Below are positions 46,498 to 61,200 of a stretch of DNA of 64,000 nucleotides, piece after piece. Source of the DNA: Raja brachyura (Eukaryota); the NCBI GenBank assembly GCA_963514005.1, contig OY740783.1:55304001-55368000 (forward strand), written 5' to 3'. Positions within the stretch are counted from its first letter, which is position 1; each line of letters opens with the position of its first letter. Below the pieces are notes generated by a model. The model had not been told where the DNA came from. It saw nothing but the letters and a program-made list of their open reading frames with translations, and searched no databases. A program made the position numbers and the translations under genes.

Positions 46498-46819
46498 AAA
46501 GATAGACACAAATTGCTGAAGTAACTCAGCGGGTCATGCAGCATCTCGCTGAGTTACTCCAGCACGTTATGTTTTATGAAAGTGGCAATGATGTGGTGAA
46601 AGAAGGAGTAACAAGGAACTGCAAATGCCGGTTTACAAAAAGAAAACACACACAAAGTGCTGGAGTAACACAGCGAGTCATGCAGCATCTCTGACAAACG
46701 TGGATAGGTAACATTTCGGGTTGAAACGTCACCTATCCATTTTCTCCAGACATGCTGCCTGACCAGTAGAGTTACTCCAGGACTTTGTATCTATCACCAT
46801 CGGCAGTTCCTTTTAATCA
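46498..46819. repeat. Composite palindromic element with 9-bp TSD
   Basis: TSD caactcata at 46489-46497 and 46820-46828; two inverted-arm units joined by a spacer that matches 26986-27035. Confidence 0.65.
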
Positions 46820-47974
46820 CAACTCATAGAAGTTTGTGTTCATGGTTATCCTGATGGAAAATAGCCATGGGATCTTCGGCCTGCTCCAAGGATGCATTTG
46901 TAGTTGGAATTGCAGATTTAACAGATGTTAACTTTATGGAAACATAGGTAACCAAAACTTTTTTTTTGACTTATTGATGTTCAGGTAGGAGATTTGTTCT
47001 GTGTACACAATTGGCAGAAGTGACGTTTTGTTGAGACCTTCTCCCTTTCTTCCTCCTCCTCCTTCATCCTGGTCCAGGTCCTGTGGTGCGAGCTATCTGC
47101 TTATTCTGTCATTCAAGCTGTAACCCAAGGAGAAAGAAAAATGACAAATGTATCAATGCCTGAAAGCAACAGATCTATCAAGAAGCCCTGGAGTTAGCAA
47201 ATAATTCCTCAGCATCTGCCATTCTGTTCTCCATAGAATTCTGTCACCTGATATAACTAGTAAGAACCAAATACCTGTACATGAAATACCGCAGCAGGAG
47301 CCAGATCAAATCAACCAGCAGCCAGTAATCTACTGCACATGGTTAGCAAAGACCTCTAGCTGTATTGTTAATCTTCAATGTGGCAGTGCAGCATTTCCTG
47401 ATGGCTGTTGCGATCTAAACACATTTCATACCATCTGCATCTGTACACTGTCTGTGCATTAACACCCCTATCACAAGCTATTTTTGACAGGAGTCATATC
47501 ACCATGCATACTGGATGGGTTTTTTTAACTAACTGTCACACACTATAAACATACCAAACTAAAGTTTGCACGGGTAATATTAATTCATGACAATTTCAGC
47601 TACTCTCATTTTAATACATCCCTATCATATTATTTGAGCTTATTTCAGGTTGGTTACTTAGAATCACCAATGACTTACCACTAATTCCAACTTTCATTTC
47701 TAATTATTTTAGAAAATTAAATTGCCCAGTCTCACAGCAGAGTTTAATTGAAGAGTAGTTTTGGATGTTGCCATTCCTGCATTAATGCTATGCTTATTTC
47801 TCCACAAGCAATAGGCTTGCTTTGTTTTAAATGTAAAATAGTCTTCAAAAACAATATACCTATCCCTCTGCCCTGTTGAAAACAAGTCACACCTGCATAA
47901 CAAGATAAAATCTTTTATCATTAATTTTCAACCTTAACCGGAAAGGAAACAAAAAGAGTAGTTGCGTTTTCATA

Positions 47975-50480
47975 AAAACATAGAAAATAGGTGCAGGAGG
48001 AGGGCATGTGGCCCTTCGAGCCAGCACCGCCATTCATTGTGATCATGGCTGATCATCCACAATCAGTAGCCCGTGCCTGCCTTCTCCCCATATCCCTTGA
48101 TTCTGCTAGCCACAAGAGCTCTCTCCAACTCTCTTTTAAATTAATGCAGTGCATTGGCCTCCACTGCCTTCTGTAGCAGATAATTCCACAAATTCGCAAC
48201 TCTCTGGATGAAAACGTTTTTTCTCATCTCAGTTTTATTCTTAGACTGTAGCCCTTGGTTCTGGACTCCCCTGACATTAGGAACATTTTTCCTGCATCTA
48301 GCTTGTCCAGTTTTATATGTTTCTATAAGATCCCTCATCCTTCTAAATTCCAGTGAATACAAGCCCAGTCTTTCCAATCTTTCCTCATATGACAGGCCCA
48401 CCATCCCGGGGATTAACCTCGTGAACCTACGCTGCATTGCCTCAATAGAAAGGATGTCCTTCCTCAAATTAGGAGACCAAAACTGCATGTGAGTCTCCAG
48501 ATGTTGTCTCACCAGGGCCCTGTATAACTGTAGAAGGACCTCTTTACTCCTATACTCAAATCCTCTTGTTATGAAGGCCAACATGCCATTAGCTTTCTTC
48601 ACTGCCTGTTGTACCTGCATGTTTATTTTCAGTGACTGGTGTACAAGGACACCCAGGTCTCGTTGCACTTCCCTTTATCCTAATCTGACACCATTGAGAT
48701 AATAATCTGCCTCCTTGTTCTTGCTGCCAAAGTGGATAACCTCACATTATACTGCATCTGCCATGCATCTGCCCACTCACTCAACCTGTCCAAGTCGCCC
48801 TGCAAATTCTTAGCATCCTCTTCGCAGTTCACACTGCCACCTACCTTTGTGTCATCTGCAAATTTGCTAGTGTTACTTTTAATTTAATCATCTAAATCAT
48901 TAATATATATTGTAAATAGTTGCGGCCACAGCACCGAGCTTGCGGCACTCCACTCACCACTGCCTGGCATTCTGACAGGGACCCGTTTATTCCTACTCTT
49001 TTTTTCCTGTCTGCCAACCAATTCTCTATCCATGTCAATATCCTGCCCTCAATACCATGTGTTCTAATTTTTCCCACTAATCTGTGTGGGACCTTATCAA
49101 AGGCTTTCTGAATGTCCAGATACACAACATCCACTGGCTCTCCTTCATTCATATTACTTGTCACATCCTCAAAATTCCAGAAAATTCATCAAGCAGGATT
49201 TCCCCTTCATAAATCCATGCTGACTTGGACCAATCTTTTTACTGCTATCCAAAAGCGCCATTATTTCTTCTTTAAAAATTGACTCCAGCATCTTCACCAT
49301 CACCGTTGTCAGGCTAACTGGTCTATAATTCCTCGTTTTCTCTCTCGCTCCTTTCTTGAAAAGCGGGATAACATTAGGGTTCCTCCAATCCACAGGAACT
49401 GATCCTGAATATATAGGACATTGGAAAATGATCACCAATGCGTCCACGATTTCTAGAGCCACCTCGTTGAGTACCCCAGGATGCAGACCATCAGGCCCTG
49501 GGGAATTATCAGCCTTCAGTCCCATCAGTCTACCCAATACTATTTCTTGCCTAATGGAAATTTCTTTCAGTTCCTCTATCTCCCTAGACCTCTAGTACAT
49601 CTGGGAGATTGTTTGTGTCTTCCTTAGTGAAGACAGAACCAAAGTAACTGCTCAACTATTCTGCCATTTCCTTGTTCCCCATAATAATTTCACCAGTTTC
49701 TGCCTTCAAGGGACCCACATTTGTCTTTACTAATATTTTTATCTTAACATACCTAAAGAAACTTTTACTACCATGTTAATATTCTTAGCCAGCTTACCCT
49801 CATACTTAATCTTTTCTCCCCGTATTGCTTTTTTTGTTACCCTCTGTGGTCCTTTGAAAGTTTCCCAATCCTCTGGCTTCCCACTACTCTTTGCTATGTT
49901 ATATAACCATATAACCACAGTGGCATTACCTTTTGTTACATGCCAATTTTAACCCCTGCTGCAACTTGCACCCCATATCCAGGCTACTGTTTGGGGGCCT
50001 GTAGATAACTCCCATTACTGTCTTCTTACCTTTACAATTCCTCAATACTATCCACCGTGACTCTACATCATCACTCCCTATGTCACTCCTCACAAGGGAC
50101 TGAATGTCATCCCTCAGTAACAGAGCTATCCCACCTCCGCTGCCCACCTGCTTGTCCTTTCTACAGGACGTATAACCCTGAATATTCAGTTCCCAGTCCC
50201 GATCCTCCAGCAGCCATGTTTCTATCTAATCCCCACAATGTCATATCTACCAATCTCTAACTGAGCCTCAAGCTCATCCACTTTACTTCTTATACTTTGC
50301 GCATTCATATATAATACTTTTAATCCATTACTCACCTCACCTTTCACATTGATTCCTATTTCACTTGGCCTCATACTATCACGAAGGGATAGGATACTCT
50401 CCTATCCCTTTGTGAGCTTTCAGTCCCGTTAATTCTGGTGTCTTTCTTAACTTTTCTTATACTCTCTTTCCATTTATCCT
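47975..50480 (-). mobile_element. CR1 LINE, about 2.5 kb, frameshifted ORF2 (endonuclease and RT pieces)
   Basis: Minus ORFs: GGGIALLLRD..VMGVIYRPPN (APE), SPGPDGLHP..NYRPVSLT..QHGFMKGKSC, VYLDIQKAFDKVPH, QRDLGVLVHQSLK..QRRFTRLIPG. Confidence 0.9.
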
Positions 50481-53400
50481 TGTATTCCAATTTGTCTCTC
50501 CCCCCCAGTATTCAGTTCTGATATTCGGTCAACTAAGGGTGAATATTCACTTATTATATAGCATAAAATATTAATATCAACATGTGAAATAGGTCCAAAA
50601 ACTTTGCATGTATCTTGTGTTTTTACATTTGATAATGATTGTCTTTCAGTGTTAATATAGCAAAAAAAAATGCAGTTCAACTGATAAACGTTACTTTTCC
50701 TATTTGATCTTTATTCTCTTCTGGAATAAAATGAAGCTTGTAATTTGCACTGTTATTTTTCAATGTTTAGATGCATTAAATCTCTGGCTGGCTAAATGAT
50801 AGTTGCTTTCACATCAGGTTGGAAGTATTCCCTGAGTATCTGCACTTTTCCAAGTCACTTCGTTGACTCAAATCTTCTGCTTAAAAAATAGCAGTTTTTT
50901 TTCCTAATCGCTAGCTTTTACCTACATAATGATGTGGAGGTTCAGGCAAACATTGAAGTCTTGAATTGACTGCTAATCCTGGGTGAAAAACATTCTGCAA
51001 TTGGACTCTATGTGGACTTATTGCATGGGCTAGAAAATACTGTCCACAGAACCTGTGCCGGGCACAGGTCCATCAGGTTTATTGATTTAATTGGGAAGAA
51101 TGTGTTGTAATCTTAAGTACAAGATCATTTCATTTTATTAATTGGCTTGATTTTAATAGATTTATTTATTTCCTGGTGTATTTCATTTTTCATTATTTTA
51201 CTTTTTATATTATTTTTTATGATGAATAGTTTCCAGCTCATTGGAATATTTGTGAATGTCCGAGGCTTTCACAGATATTCAATGGCCTTGACAGCTATGA
51301 CATCCAATGAGCCTAGCATTGGGTTGCAGCCTGCTAGAATTGTGATCTAAATGTTTCAATTGATAAGAACCAGCTCCCTGAAGGAAGATTACACCCATCG
51401 GCCTGCATTATATAAAAGTGTCTTCGTGTGCAGGTAAACTGCAAGATCAGTCTCTTCTAGATTTCATTCCCCCCACCTCTGCAATCATTCTGAAGAAGGG
51501 TCCCAACCCAAAACATCCCCTGTCCATATTTGCTAGTGATGCTGCCTGACCCACTGAGTTGCTCCAGTATTTTGCATCTTTCCTAAACTGCAAGTAAAAT
51601 CAGGCCACCGTCTTTATATTTCTACAGAATATCTTGTTTTACCTGTGTGTGCAATGATCACTTTACAACTGGCTCTTATATGTTCTTTGCAATCTTCCAA
51701 AATAATTGTACTGCTCATAGATTTGTACCACTCAGAAATAGGCCCTTTGGCTCACCACACCCATGCCGACCTATTTGCCCATCAACACTAATCCTATTTG
51801 TCTACTTTAGTATCTTCTCCTCTGTGCCTCTGCTACAGAGTGAGAGCTTCCTCTGCTAATCAGTGTCCAGGCTGACCATTTACTGTTCATTATTTTCAGA
51901 GAAAATCTTTCCAGTTTCACAATTAGAATTGTGAGTGCTGTTTTAGAAACCTTCATAAGTTTATACGTAATAGAAACAGAATTAGGCCATCAAGTCTACC
52001 CCGCCATTCAATCATGGCTGATCTATCTTTCCTTCTCAATGCCATTCTCCTCCTTTCTCTGCAGAACCCCGGACAACTGCACTAATTACCTTGCTAGGTG
52101 TTCCAGACATCCCACATCTATCAATGAAACACTAGAAACCAGAGAACAGATAAGAAAGTGGAGATGAATTTCAGTGAGAATTCTCCAACTTACATAAGAA
52201 GAGGAGCGATTTAAATTCTGGAAAAACAGCATAACACCTTTGCAGATATTCACTTCATCACATCCCTTACTGTTATAACCTTCCATCATGTCCTATTGTA
52301 ATTAATCATAAATGGAGTTGGAGGGGGAAATTAGTGAGTTAACTCCAATATGACTTTGGCAACCATTGGGGAACGACTGATGAACTGGCTCTCCTGTGTT
52401 TTTACTGCAGAACATTGGTGAGCATGGTTCAAACAGGCATGCTAGTAATGGTGTGAAATTGAAGAGAATGGGAGGACATGTGTGAGTAGACAGAACGTAC
52501 ATGCGCAAGAGAAGTCAAGAGAGACTTCTCAAGAGACAAGAATCACACGTGTTTAATTATCATATGTATCAACAACCAAACAATGACATTCTCATTTGCA
52601 GCAGGATAACAGGCCTGTAAACACAATATAGATAATATATCATAAACAAAAATTCCATAAATAATCCAACTAAGTGCAGTGACCAAAAGCAGGACCGTCA
52701 AATTATCTTCCACCTGAAACGTGAATTCTGCTTCTCTTCCACTGATGCTGCATGACCTGCTGAGTGTTTCCAGCATTTTCCTTTTTTTTTTCGCTTATTT
52801 TCAGCATCTGCAGTGCTTTTAAATTTTAAGAAGCATTTTAAACCATTTCCTTTCGTCTTCCATTCAACAAACTGATTTTATTTCACTGATACTACCTAAT
52901 TTGATCTCCTAACATTTCAAGCAAGGTCAGTTCCCTCTCTATTTTCATTTATCATTTTTTAATAATTGCTTAGTTTGGAAAACAATGAGGTGCAGCAAGA
53001 TTTTATCTGGTGCTCATGTAATAAATCAGTTCTGTCACTACGCACAGTAACCAGAACAATTCTTCTCATGGGAGAACTATAATGTAATGTGGCTAAATTG
53101 TAAGAGCGACTAAATGCACTTTGCTGTGCAGCTTAAGGTAGCAACTTCATGCTTCAGAGGCTAAAACATCCACCTAAATAGAAAAAATATTAGTATATTT
53201 AAATATCTTGCACAACAAGTACTATTTAAAATTAGAAACAGAAAATGCAATCAACATTGCACTAACATCACTAAAAATTTAATTTGTTTAATTAGCCCCA
53301 TTTCTTTAAATACTGATTTTTGGGTTGTCACCAATTTGCTTTATTGTAAGGAATTCTGTGCATAAATGCCATGTTGATTGTAACATGCAAGAGAAATCCT

Positions 53401-56400
53401 GAACCATGCATTCCAATAGCAAACCAAATTGCATTATTATACACTTAGCATTATTAACGTCCGTCTATAGACAACGGGTGCTTTCCATAGGACAGGAATG
53501 CAACTTAGCATTTAAAAATGCTTGAGCGTGAAAGGAATACAAGAAATACATTTGTGTTGGAAGAATTATTATGAAACTACTTCATGTCCCAAGCAGGATC
53601 CTTGCAGAAAGATACAGTCAGAAAAACACCTTTTCTAAATATGTGTTACCTAAAAATCACCTAAATATGTGTTATTAAAGATAAAAACATCTACATGCGA
53701 GCTCAATACTTAGTACTAACTTAGTGATGCATACTAAATAATCTGCAGCAGAGGCAACGGGATTGGTTCAGATTTTGCAAGTATAAAATGGATAGTAATA
53801 AATCAGGGTGCAATATTACAAAATACCTACTCTTTAATTCTATCAACTTCAATGGAAATTAAGATCAAAAAATGGGCTGCCGATTGCTAATAATTCACAA
53901 AGTCTGAATTTATCCCAATGATAGTTTGAATGAGCAGAAGTCCTTATTGTATAATAATCAGAAATTCTTGTCCAAATCCCTCCATTTGGCTTGCATTTTA
54001 TTCAAACTTTCCAAATTTGCCTGTGATGATGAAGTTAGAAAAAATGAATCAGTTGCAAATGCTTATGTTTGAACAATTTATCTTCAGGACCAAAATACGC
54101 CAATAAAGGAATTGATGAAAAGTCATGACATTTATCTTTCACAACCTGTACAGATTTTGTATTTAAAATAATAATTGAAATGCATCATGATACACTTTGA
54201 TATATTTGTCACAGTTGTACTTAGCATCTTCTGGGAGGAAAATATTTTTGTAAAGATTGTTAAACCTTTTTCTTACTGAAACCGTAGGAAATTTGTAAAT
54301 TGCTGAACTGTGGTAAAGGGAAAATATATTTTGCTTTCAAATCATTCAACACAAAAGTGGGATATTTATCCCCTTGCAAAAAGTCTAGCACTTAATTGTA
54401 CAGCTCTGATTTTGTGTGATAAATTTGTAAATATATTTATGGGGTGGGAGAATGCATGCAGTGTGATCTTCTCTTGCCCCTAGTAGTTTGTATATATATG
54501 CTCAATCGTGATTACATTTTATAGTTTGTTTAGTACATTTTGAAACATCTCCATATATTGCATTTTTTTAGAAACACAGCTATTTTGTATGAATGCAGGT
54601 CCAATTATTTTTTGCACATAATGAATTTCAAAGGTCATAATTGTTTAGTGCAATTAGCAAACCTTCCTTTCACACTAATGGGCTGAAAGTCTCCACGCAT
54701 TGGCTGTGAAAGTTGTAAATCAAACTAGAAATAGTCGTCACTAACCAGTCCTTCACCCAGAAATGTTAATACAGGAGAAGGGTGAGGAATCTTTATCAGC
54801 ACTTGCCCTGGAATATTAACCATTATTTCTGAAATAGTTAATGTCTGCAGTTACAGTTTCATGGAAGGGTTACGATACAATGAGCTACCCAGCCTAATCC
54901 TCCCAAGGCTGTGGGAGTGCAGAAGGTGAGGGAAGCAGATGAGTTGAAAGGACTCATCCTGCCAGCCAACTGTTTTGCATAAGGGCTAAAGACGGTTCAA
55001 ATTCAGCGCTAGACTGGAGACCAAGCCTGACATGCCATTTAGCTATTTAAATTAGTGCATATTTGTCATACTCTGGTAATTAAAATATGTGAATAATATG
55101 CCCTGTCTTGGAGAGCATTTCCTTTGAAATCCTTGTTTAGAAAAATCATAGAACCACTTATAAAGTACTAATTTATAATTACCATTTCATTACACCATTT
55201 GCAGAGGAAACCTTCCCCAATTATAATTGTCTAAGTTTACCAATGGATGGACCAAAGGTGTGTGGATAATTTTGACTTTGAGCATAACATTTAAATCAGC
55301 TATTTCTTCTAGGTACTATGTACTGGTTAACTGGTGATTTTGACTTTTTTTTAAGTAATGGGAATTGAAAATTGGAAGAGATATATTATCTAGCTGAATC
55401 TATATTGTCTGTTTTATATTATTGTCCGAAATTATCCCTTATCATACAACATCATCACAGAGATGAGTTGTCAGACTTAAAGAGATTTTGAATACAGGGT
55501 TCAATCCGTCTACCTTTGGGTGATGTGAACTAATGATCAGGCCATGGATAAATAGATAAAAGTTATTTTTTATTCCTTGGCATTGCCATTAATAAACCGA
55601 GCCTCAAGCATGAAGAACATTTTAATAGATTCCAGGAAGTGTATTGCTTACTATACTTACATTTACAATGTACATTTTCTGCAGATTAAGGTTCTGCAAA
55701 GAAAAAGTGTACTATCGTCTATTGGGAGAATACGCAGGACAAGAAAATTAATATTTCTTATTTATTAAATAATAATATAAACAAACTGGAAAAGCAGAAA
55801 ACTGAATGGACGCTGTCTTTTATGTTCAATTTTGCCATCCTGAGTGGTCAATAGTCAAACAAGGAAATATTTAAATGATTTTTTTTAGAAGAACCCCTGT
55901 GTTTAACACACTTCTGCACTTGAAAAATAGATGCACTTTGTAATCACCCAGCCCTCAATCTTGTATTTCATGGTTTGGTGATATGAACTATCTGAGAGTT
56001 AGTCTTTGTCTGGCAGATCTACATATAAGACTGCTGTTTGTTCCATGTGGAATATGGCAATCAAGAAAATAGCGAGTGTATCATTGGATTCCTCAAGTAC
56101 GCAAAGTGGGTCAAGCTGGAACTTGAGTCACTTATATCTACTGTGAGGGGGTTCATTTGACAGCATTTTAGCTTCTGGACCAAGCAATAGCAATGTTAAA
56201 TTTAATCTGTCCTACCTCCTTACGATTCAAACCTGTCATAATGTGATTGAGGTTATTAGGAGTTTGGAAGGAGTTTATGTGAAGGACCATTGGGACAACA
56301 TTGAACACTTTGTCGTCCCCCTATACATAGTGACTCTTCGCATACTTTGTGAAAGATATGCAAATCAAAGAATCTCACTGTGACGTGTCACATGTGATAA

Positions 56401-57844
56401 TAAAATATTATTCATTCATGATCATAAAGAAGACGCTGCAATGATGTCTTAAAGAAGTATGTGCTAGTGATTAAGTCCCAATTTTGCATCATACAAGGAA
56501 TTCTTCCCTGGCACTGAAGTATGAACAGCAATCCTACATGTAATTTAGTTTTGTGAGTAACTCCTCTAATTTAGATCTTCACCCTCCATTAAATACTGGA
56601 TGAATTCTGTTGTGGGGAATTAGTTTGCATGGAATGCAATTTTATGATATTCTGCACTGGCACCAGGAAGACTACAATACAGCAATCACTTCATTAATAT
56701 ATTGCTATTTGCTTGAGGCAATTTACACTGTTGCTAATTGGCATCCCCATTTAGCTCATCTGAAAAAACACCGAGGTACGTCAACATTTGATAGGTAGAT
56801 GTGACAGATTGTGGCACCGTTTGCAATATTGGAACAGCTTCAGATGTACAGTAATGTAAAGATGAAGATAGAACCTAGGAGACTTGACTTGGAATTATGT
56901 TAAGGCAGGAGGCAATATGAAAGCACAGTGAGGATAGAGGCTGACCATGGTCTAGGCTTTGCAGTGCCTGCACTATAATTGCACTGCAATATCAAGCCAG
57001 GTTTCAGAAAGTTTGAGGTGATTCATCTAGCAATTATTTATAAGGTAATTTCAAACCTTTTTTCACTTTAATGCTAAGCTCTCTCCTGCTGTTGGTTCTA
57101 TCCCAAGGTTTGAGGTTTAACTGGTATTTGCAAAAGATGATGATCAGAGATGATTACTTGTGATTAAGCATGGCCACAGAATTTCCAAATGTCCTTGGTT
57201 GAGAACAAGATGCTTAGTTCTGGTCAGCAATGCTATATCAAGGTTTTTGACTCCTTAAGACTGTGAACAAGGTTTCGTGCTCAGATGCATCTAAGTAAGT
57301 ATTGGTAAATAGCTTACAAAGCAGAATCAGAGAGCTCATGTTATAATCATACTAAAATCTTTTAAAATATATTATGCTTAAATTGTTTGGCGGCTTGGTT
57401 CTAAGCGTATAAGATTATTATAAAGCGACTTTTTTGGACTGAAATTAATCATCCTGTTAACGACAATCACTGCTGGATGCAATTATTGCACTCTCTGCCA
57501 CTCAGGGATCTCGGTCAGTAGAACGTCAGAGGAAGGGTTTGGAATGCACAACTCTGAGCTGAAAAATTTCCCCAGACAAGGCTTTCAGTTCTGTGAGACA
57601 TTTGGAATATCAGCTAAATTTTCAGATACTCTGTATCGTTTTGCACACTGGAAATCTGAAACAGCTAAATGTACCAGACTTTTTGAAACATATAAAAGCA
57701 TGATTTTAAAAAAAGTGTAATATAAAAAGAGAAAGAACACAGATGGTCTTGTAGGTTTACATTTCAGCTGGGCCTTTTCATCTGAAATGTAATCGATCTT
57801 CCTATTTCAGATCCTTCAAATGTCAGGAGTTTTTTAATTGTCAT

Positions 57845-58210
57845 ATGAAAATAAAATCATGAGAGGAATAGGTAAAATAGATTGGATAGCTGCACAGTCT
57901 CTTGCCCAGAGTAGGGGAATCGAGGACCAGAGGACATAGGTTTAAGGTGAAGGGGAAAAGATTTAAAAGGAATCTGGAGGATAACTTTTTCACACATAGG
58001 GTGGTGGGTGTATGGACCAAGCTGCCAGAGGAGGTAATTGAGGCGAGGACTATCACATGTTTAAGAAACAGTTATACAGGTACATGGACAGGACAGGTTT
58101 GAAGGGATATGGGCCAAACGTAGTCAGGTGGGACTAGTGTAGTTGGGACATGTTGGCCGATGTGGGCAAGTTAGTCTGAATGGTTCGTTTCCACGCTTTA
58201 TCAATCTATG
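57845..58210 (+). mobile_element. CR1 LINE 3' fragment
   Basis: PRVGESRTRGHRFKVKGKRFKRNLEDNFFTHRVVGVWTKLPEEV plus CR1 3' UTR. Confidence 0.8.
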
Positions 58211-61200
58211 AAAGGACAACAGAACAATTGAATTCTTACTTTCTGCAGCTTGACAGGCCTGTAAACACAGTACACATAGATAATTTATAAAAAACAAAAA
58301 AAAATCAATGCCTTGCTTTGATTTTACAGAATGCTCCAAATTTTTGTTTGGAAACTTTAAGTGATGGAATATTACAAGGATTGATTTATCTTACCTTTGC
58401 TCTCAAAGATTGCCCATTGTATGGTTCTAATGCTAGCAACTTCAGAAACCATCTAAGCTGTTCTTTGCCAAATACTGATCTTCAGTGCTAGGCAGTAAAT
58501 AGCCCTTTATGCCATATTTATCAGCAATGAATTGTCTATTGGTAGTTTCACCTGGCTGAGACCAGGATTCATGATCACAAAGTTTGGATCATACGTTTAT
58601 CAGTTTGTCTTGGAGACAGATTTAGAATGATTTTGGTAAAACTCCTGTGGTCCAAAATTGGAGCCATTGTTCGTGCACAAAAAAGCCGCAAACATCCTTT
58701 AAATATCCAACAGATCAAGTAGCATATATTAAAGAAATGGTCAAAATATTTGTTCAGTAATTTTTCATCAAAATTCTCATTGTGTTATTTTAAAAATCTG
58801 TATGGGTCTGATCTAGGAACTTCCAAAATGCAAATGATTCCAAATGAGAAATTCAGAAACAACATTCTGTTCCAGCCAACCCAAATCCTAAATCCTTATA
58901 TCCTTTATCCATAAAGTGTTCAACAAAGATGTTAATTGGCAACATTTTAGACTGTTCTTAAACATGTTTTTATTCTGCAGATACAATTGTTTACTGCCAC
59001 ACATATTAACCTGTAGCACATTCTACTAAACTCCCAGCATACAGCGCATAGTTAAGGGCAAACTGGTAAAATCTAAATTTGATTAGTTATTGAGGTATAA
59101 ATGAGAAATTCAGCTACCACACGACATCATTAATCATGCAATGCAAATGAAACGTGTGGGATAACTTTATAAATTTGCTAGGTTTAATTCATGCTTTTAT
59201 CACAATCTGAATTAAATTAATTCACTGGTAAAATATTTAGTAATTAATGTTACTGCTAAAATAATCTCATTTTAATGGTTGCTGTGAATGCAAAGAAAGT
59301 TTTCTCATGTGCAAAACTGGAATTTAGCTGCATTGTTCCTTTATTGTGTGTCCCATTGTCTTGTGTGTCATGGATAAAAAGGCTTCTATTGAGGCTTAGA
59401 GTTCCAAACATACACTAGATACAGTAGCAATAATCCAAGGCATTTGTTTTGTAGAAATAACTGCTATGTAATTGCAGAAAACAAGAGGTTTGCTTTGCAT
59501 GCTGTCGCGTTTACGATATACTTAAACTCTGGCCTTTGTTTTCTGTACAATTTGTTTGACTTGTAATAGATAAATCTGTGACCACCTTTTCAGAGTAAAG
59601 GCATCAAGTTACTGCTGCTGTTCTCTATCCTTCTGTTAATAGATGCTGTAAATATTACAGGCCATTAGTTGAGATTGGCAATCTAATTTGTAATTTTCTT
59701 ATAAACAAAGACATCTTTCCTCGATAATTAAGAGACAGAGCAAAATATATTGATGCAATTGCCTCATCTGAGTGTGATCAACATTCTTTTGTATCAGAGA
59801 ACTGATTGTAATTATAATCTTGTGGATTTTTCTACTATTAGGATTTATTTCAGTAAATGATAAACAAATCCACTGACAGGACTGTCCATCTTAACTTAGA
59901 GCTCCCAAAGAGTTTGTTTAATGAATGTTATTATTAATAAATATGCAAAGGATTGGGGAAACTACTAAACTATGAGTAAACTGGCAGTTATTTCTCGGTC
60001 CTTTGAAGTTCTGTCTGTATATATTTACAACTCTACACAACATTCACCCCAGTGCTAACCATCCAGTCATTTTGACAATGAACCATTAAGATTCTGAAGA
60101 TAGCCGTGTATTCCCTACATCCTTGAGGGTTTTCTTCTATACAGAGCACTATGATTCATGCTAATAGAGGCATGTGAAAGATACAGGATCAGCTATGTGG
60201 AAACGTTAGCAAAAGGGATAGTCAATCTCAGGGTGCCGTAGCATTTGTAAAGTGATGTTCCCATTTCTTTATACTTTTTACTGCTCATAAAGAAACAGGG
60301 GGAGAAAGTTATCTTTGGTCACACCTGGTAAATGGGAACAGGGGTATTGACTATTGGTTATACTCGACTCCTATTGTTTATTTCTGTTGAAGTCAATGGA
60401 AACAAATGTCAGGAGGTGAGCAAAACCAATATTCTCATGTGCAATTAATATTAGCGACGAGTGTGAATTTCCCTTAAGTGAAATACGGCAACCCTTTTCT
60501 TCTGTCCAGTTGAATTATTGTGCTTGAAAAAGCACATTTTTTTAAATTAATGGTCATTGTTAAATGTGCATAGTCAGTACAATAACATTTTGACCAAACA
60601 AAACCATATCATTCCAGAAAGCTTAATACTCCATGTTAATAAAATGTTTCCCAATTTCTTTCAGAATCTCCTCTAATTTATATAAATATTTGATCTCATC
60701 CAAAATACTTATTAATCCTTAAAGGACTTTGGGGGCACAAGTAAAACCATTCTGCATTTAAAATCAAAATGAAAGATTTTATATTTTCCAGAGGATTAGC
60801 AAGAAATTGTAGCATTGAATTTGCTTTTTGCATTGTAATCCTGTTAACAGAATGATAACTGTATACATCTGAAAATGTCTTTCTTGATTAAAAAAATATC
60901 TTGTTTACACTAACTGGACACTGGCATTAGTAAAATGCTGTATAAACTGTTGCAAACTATTAAAGTTTATCTGAATTTATACTTCATTTTGAAAATAGCA
61001 AAGTTGTAAATCTTCTAAAATCTTTGACAATGATACAGTCAATTGGTGCTCTGGATTTCTGATGATAGTTGAGGTGAGTGAACCTTAAAAATTGGATCCC
61101 ATTATGGGATCTGTTAAAGAAAAAATGAGACAATCTGCAATATTTTCTAGTTTAACAAAAGTAATCTTATATTTTCCTACTCTTTCCAACCATGCCAGTT

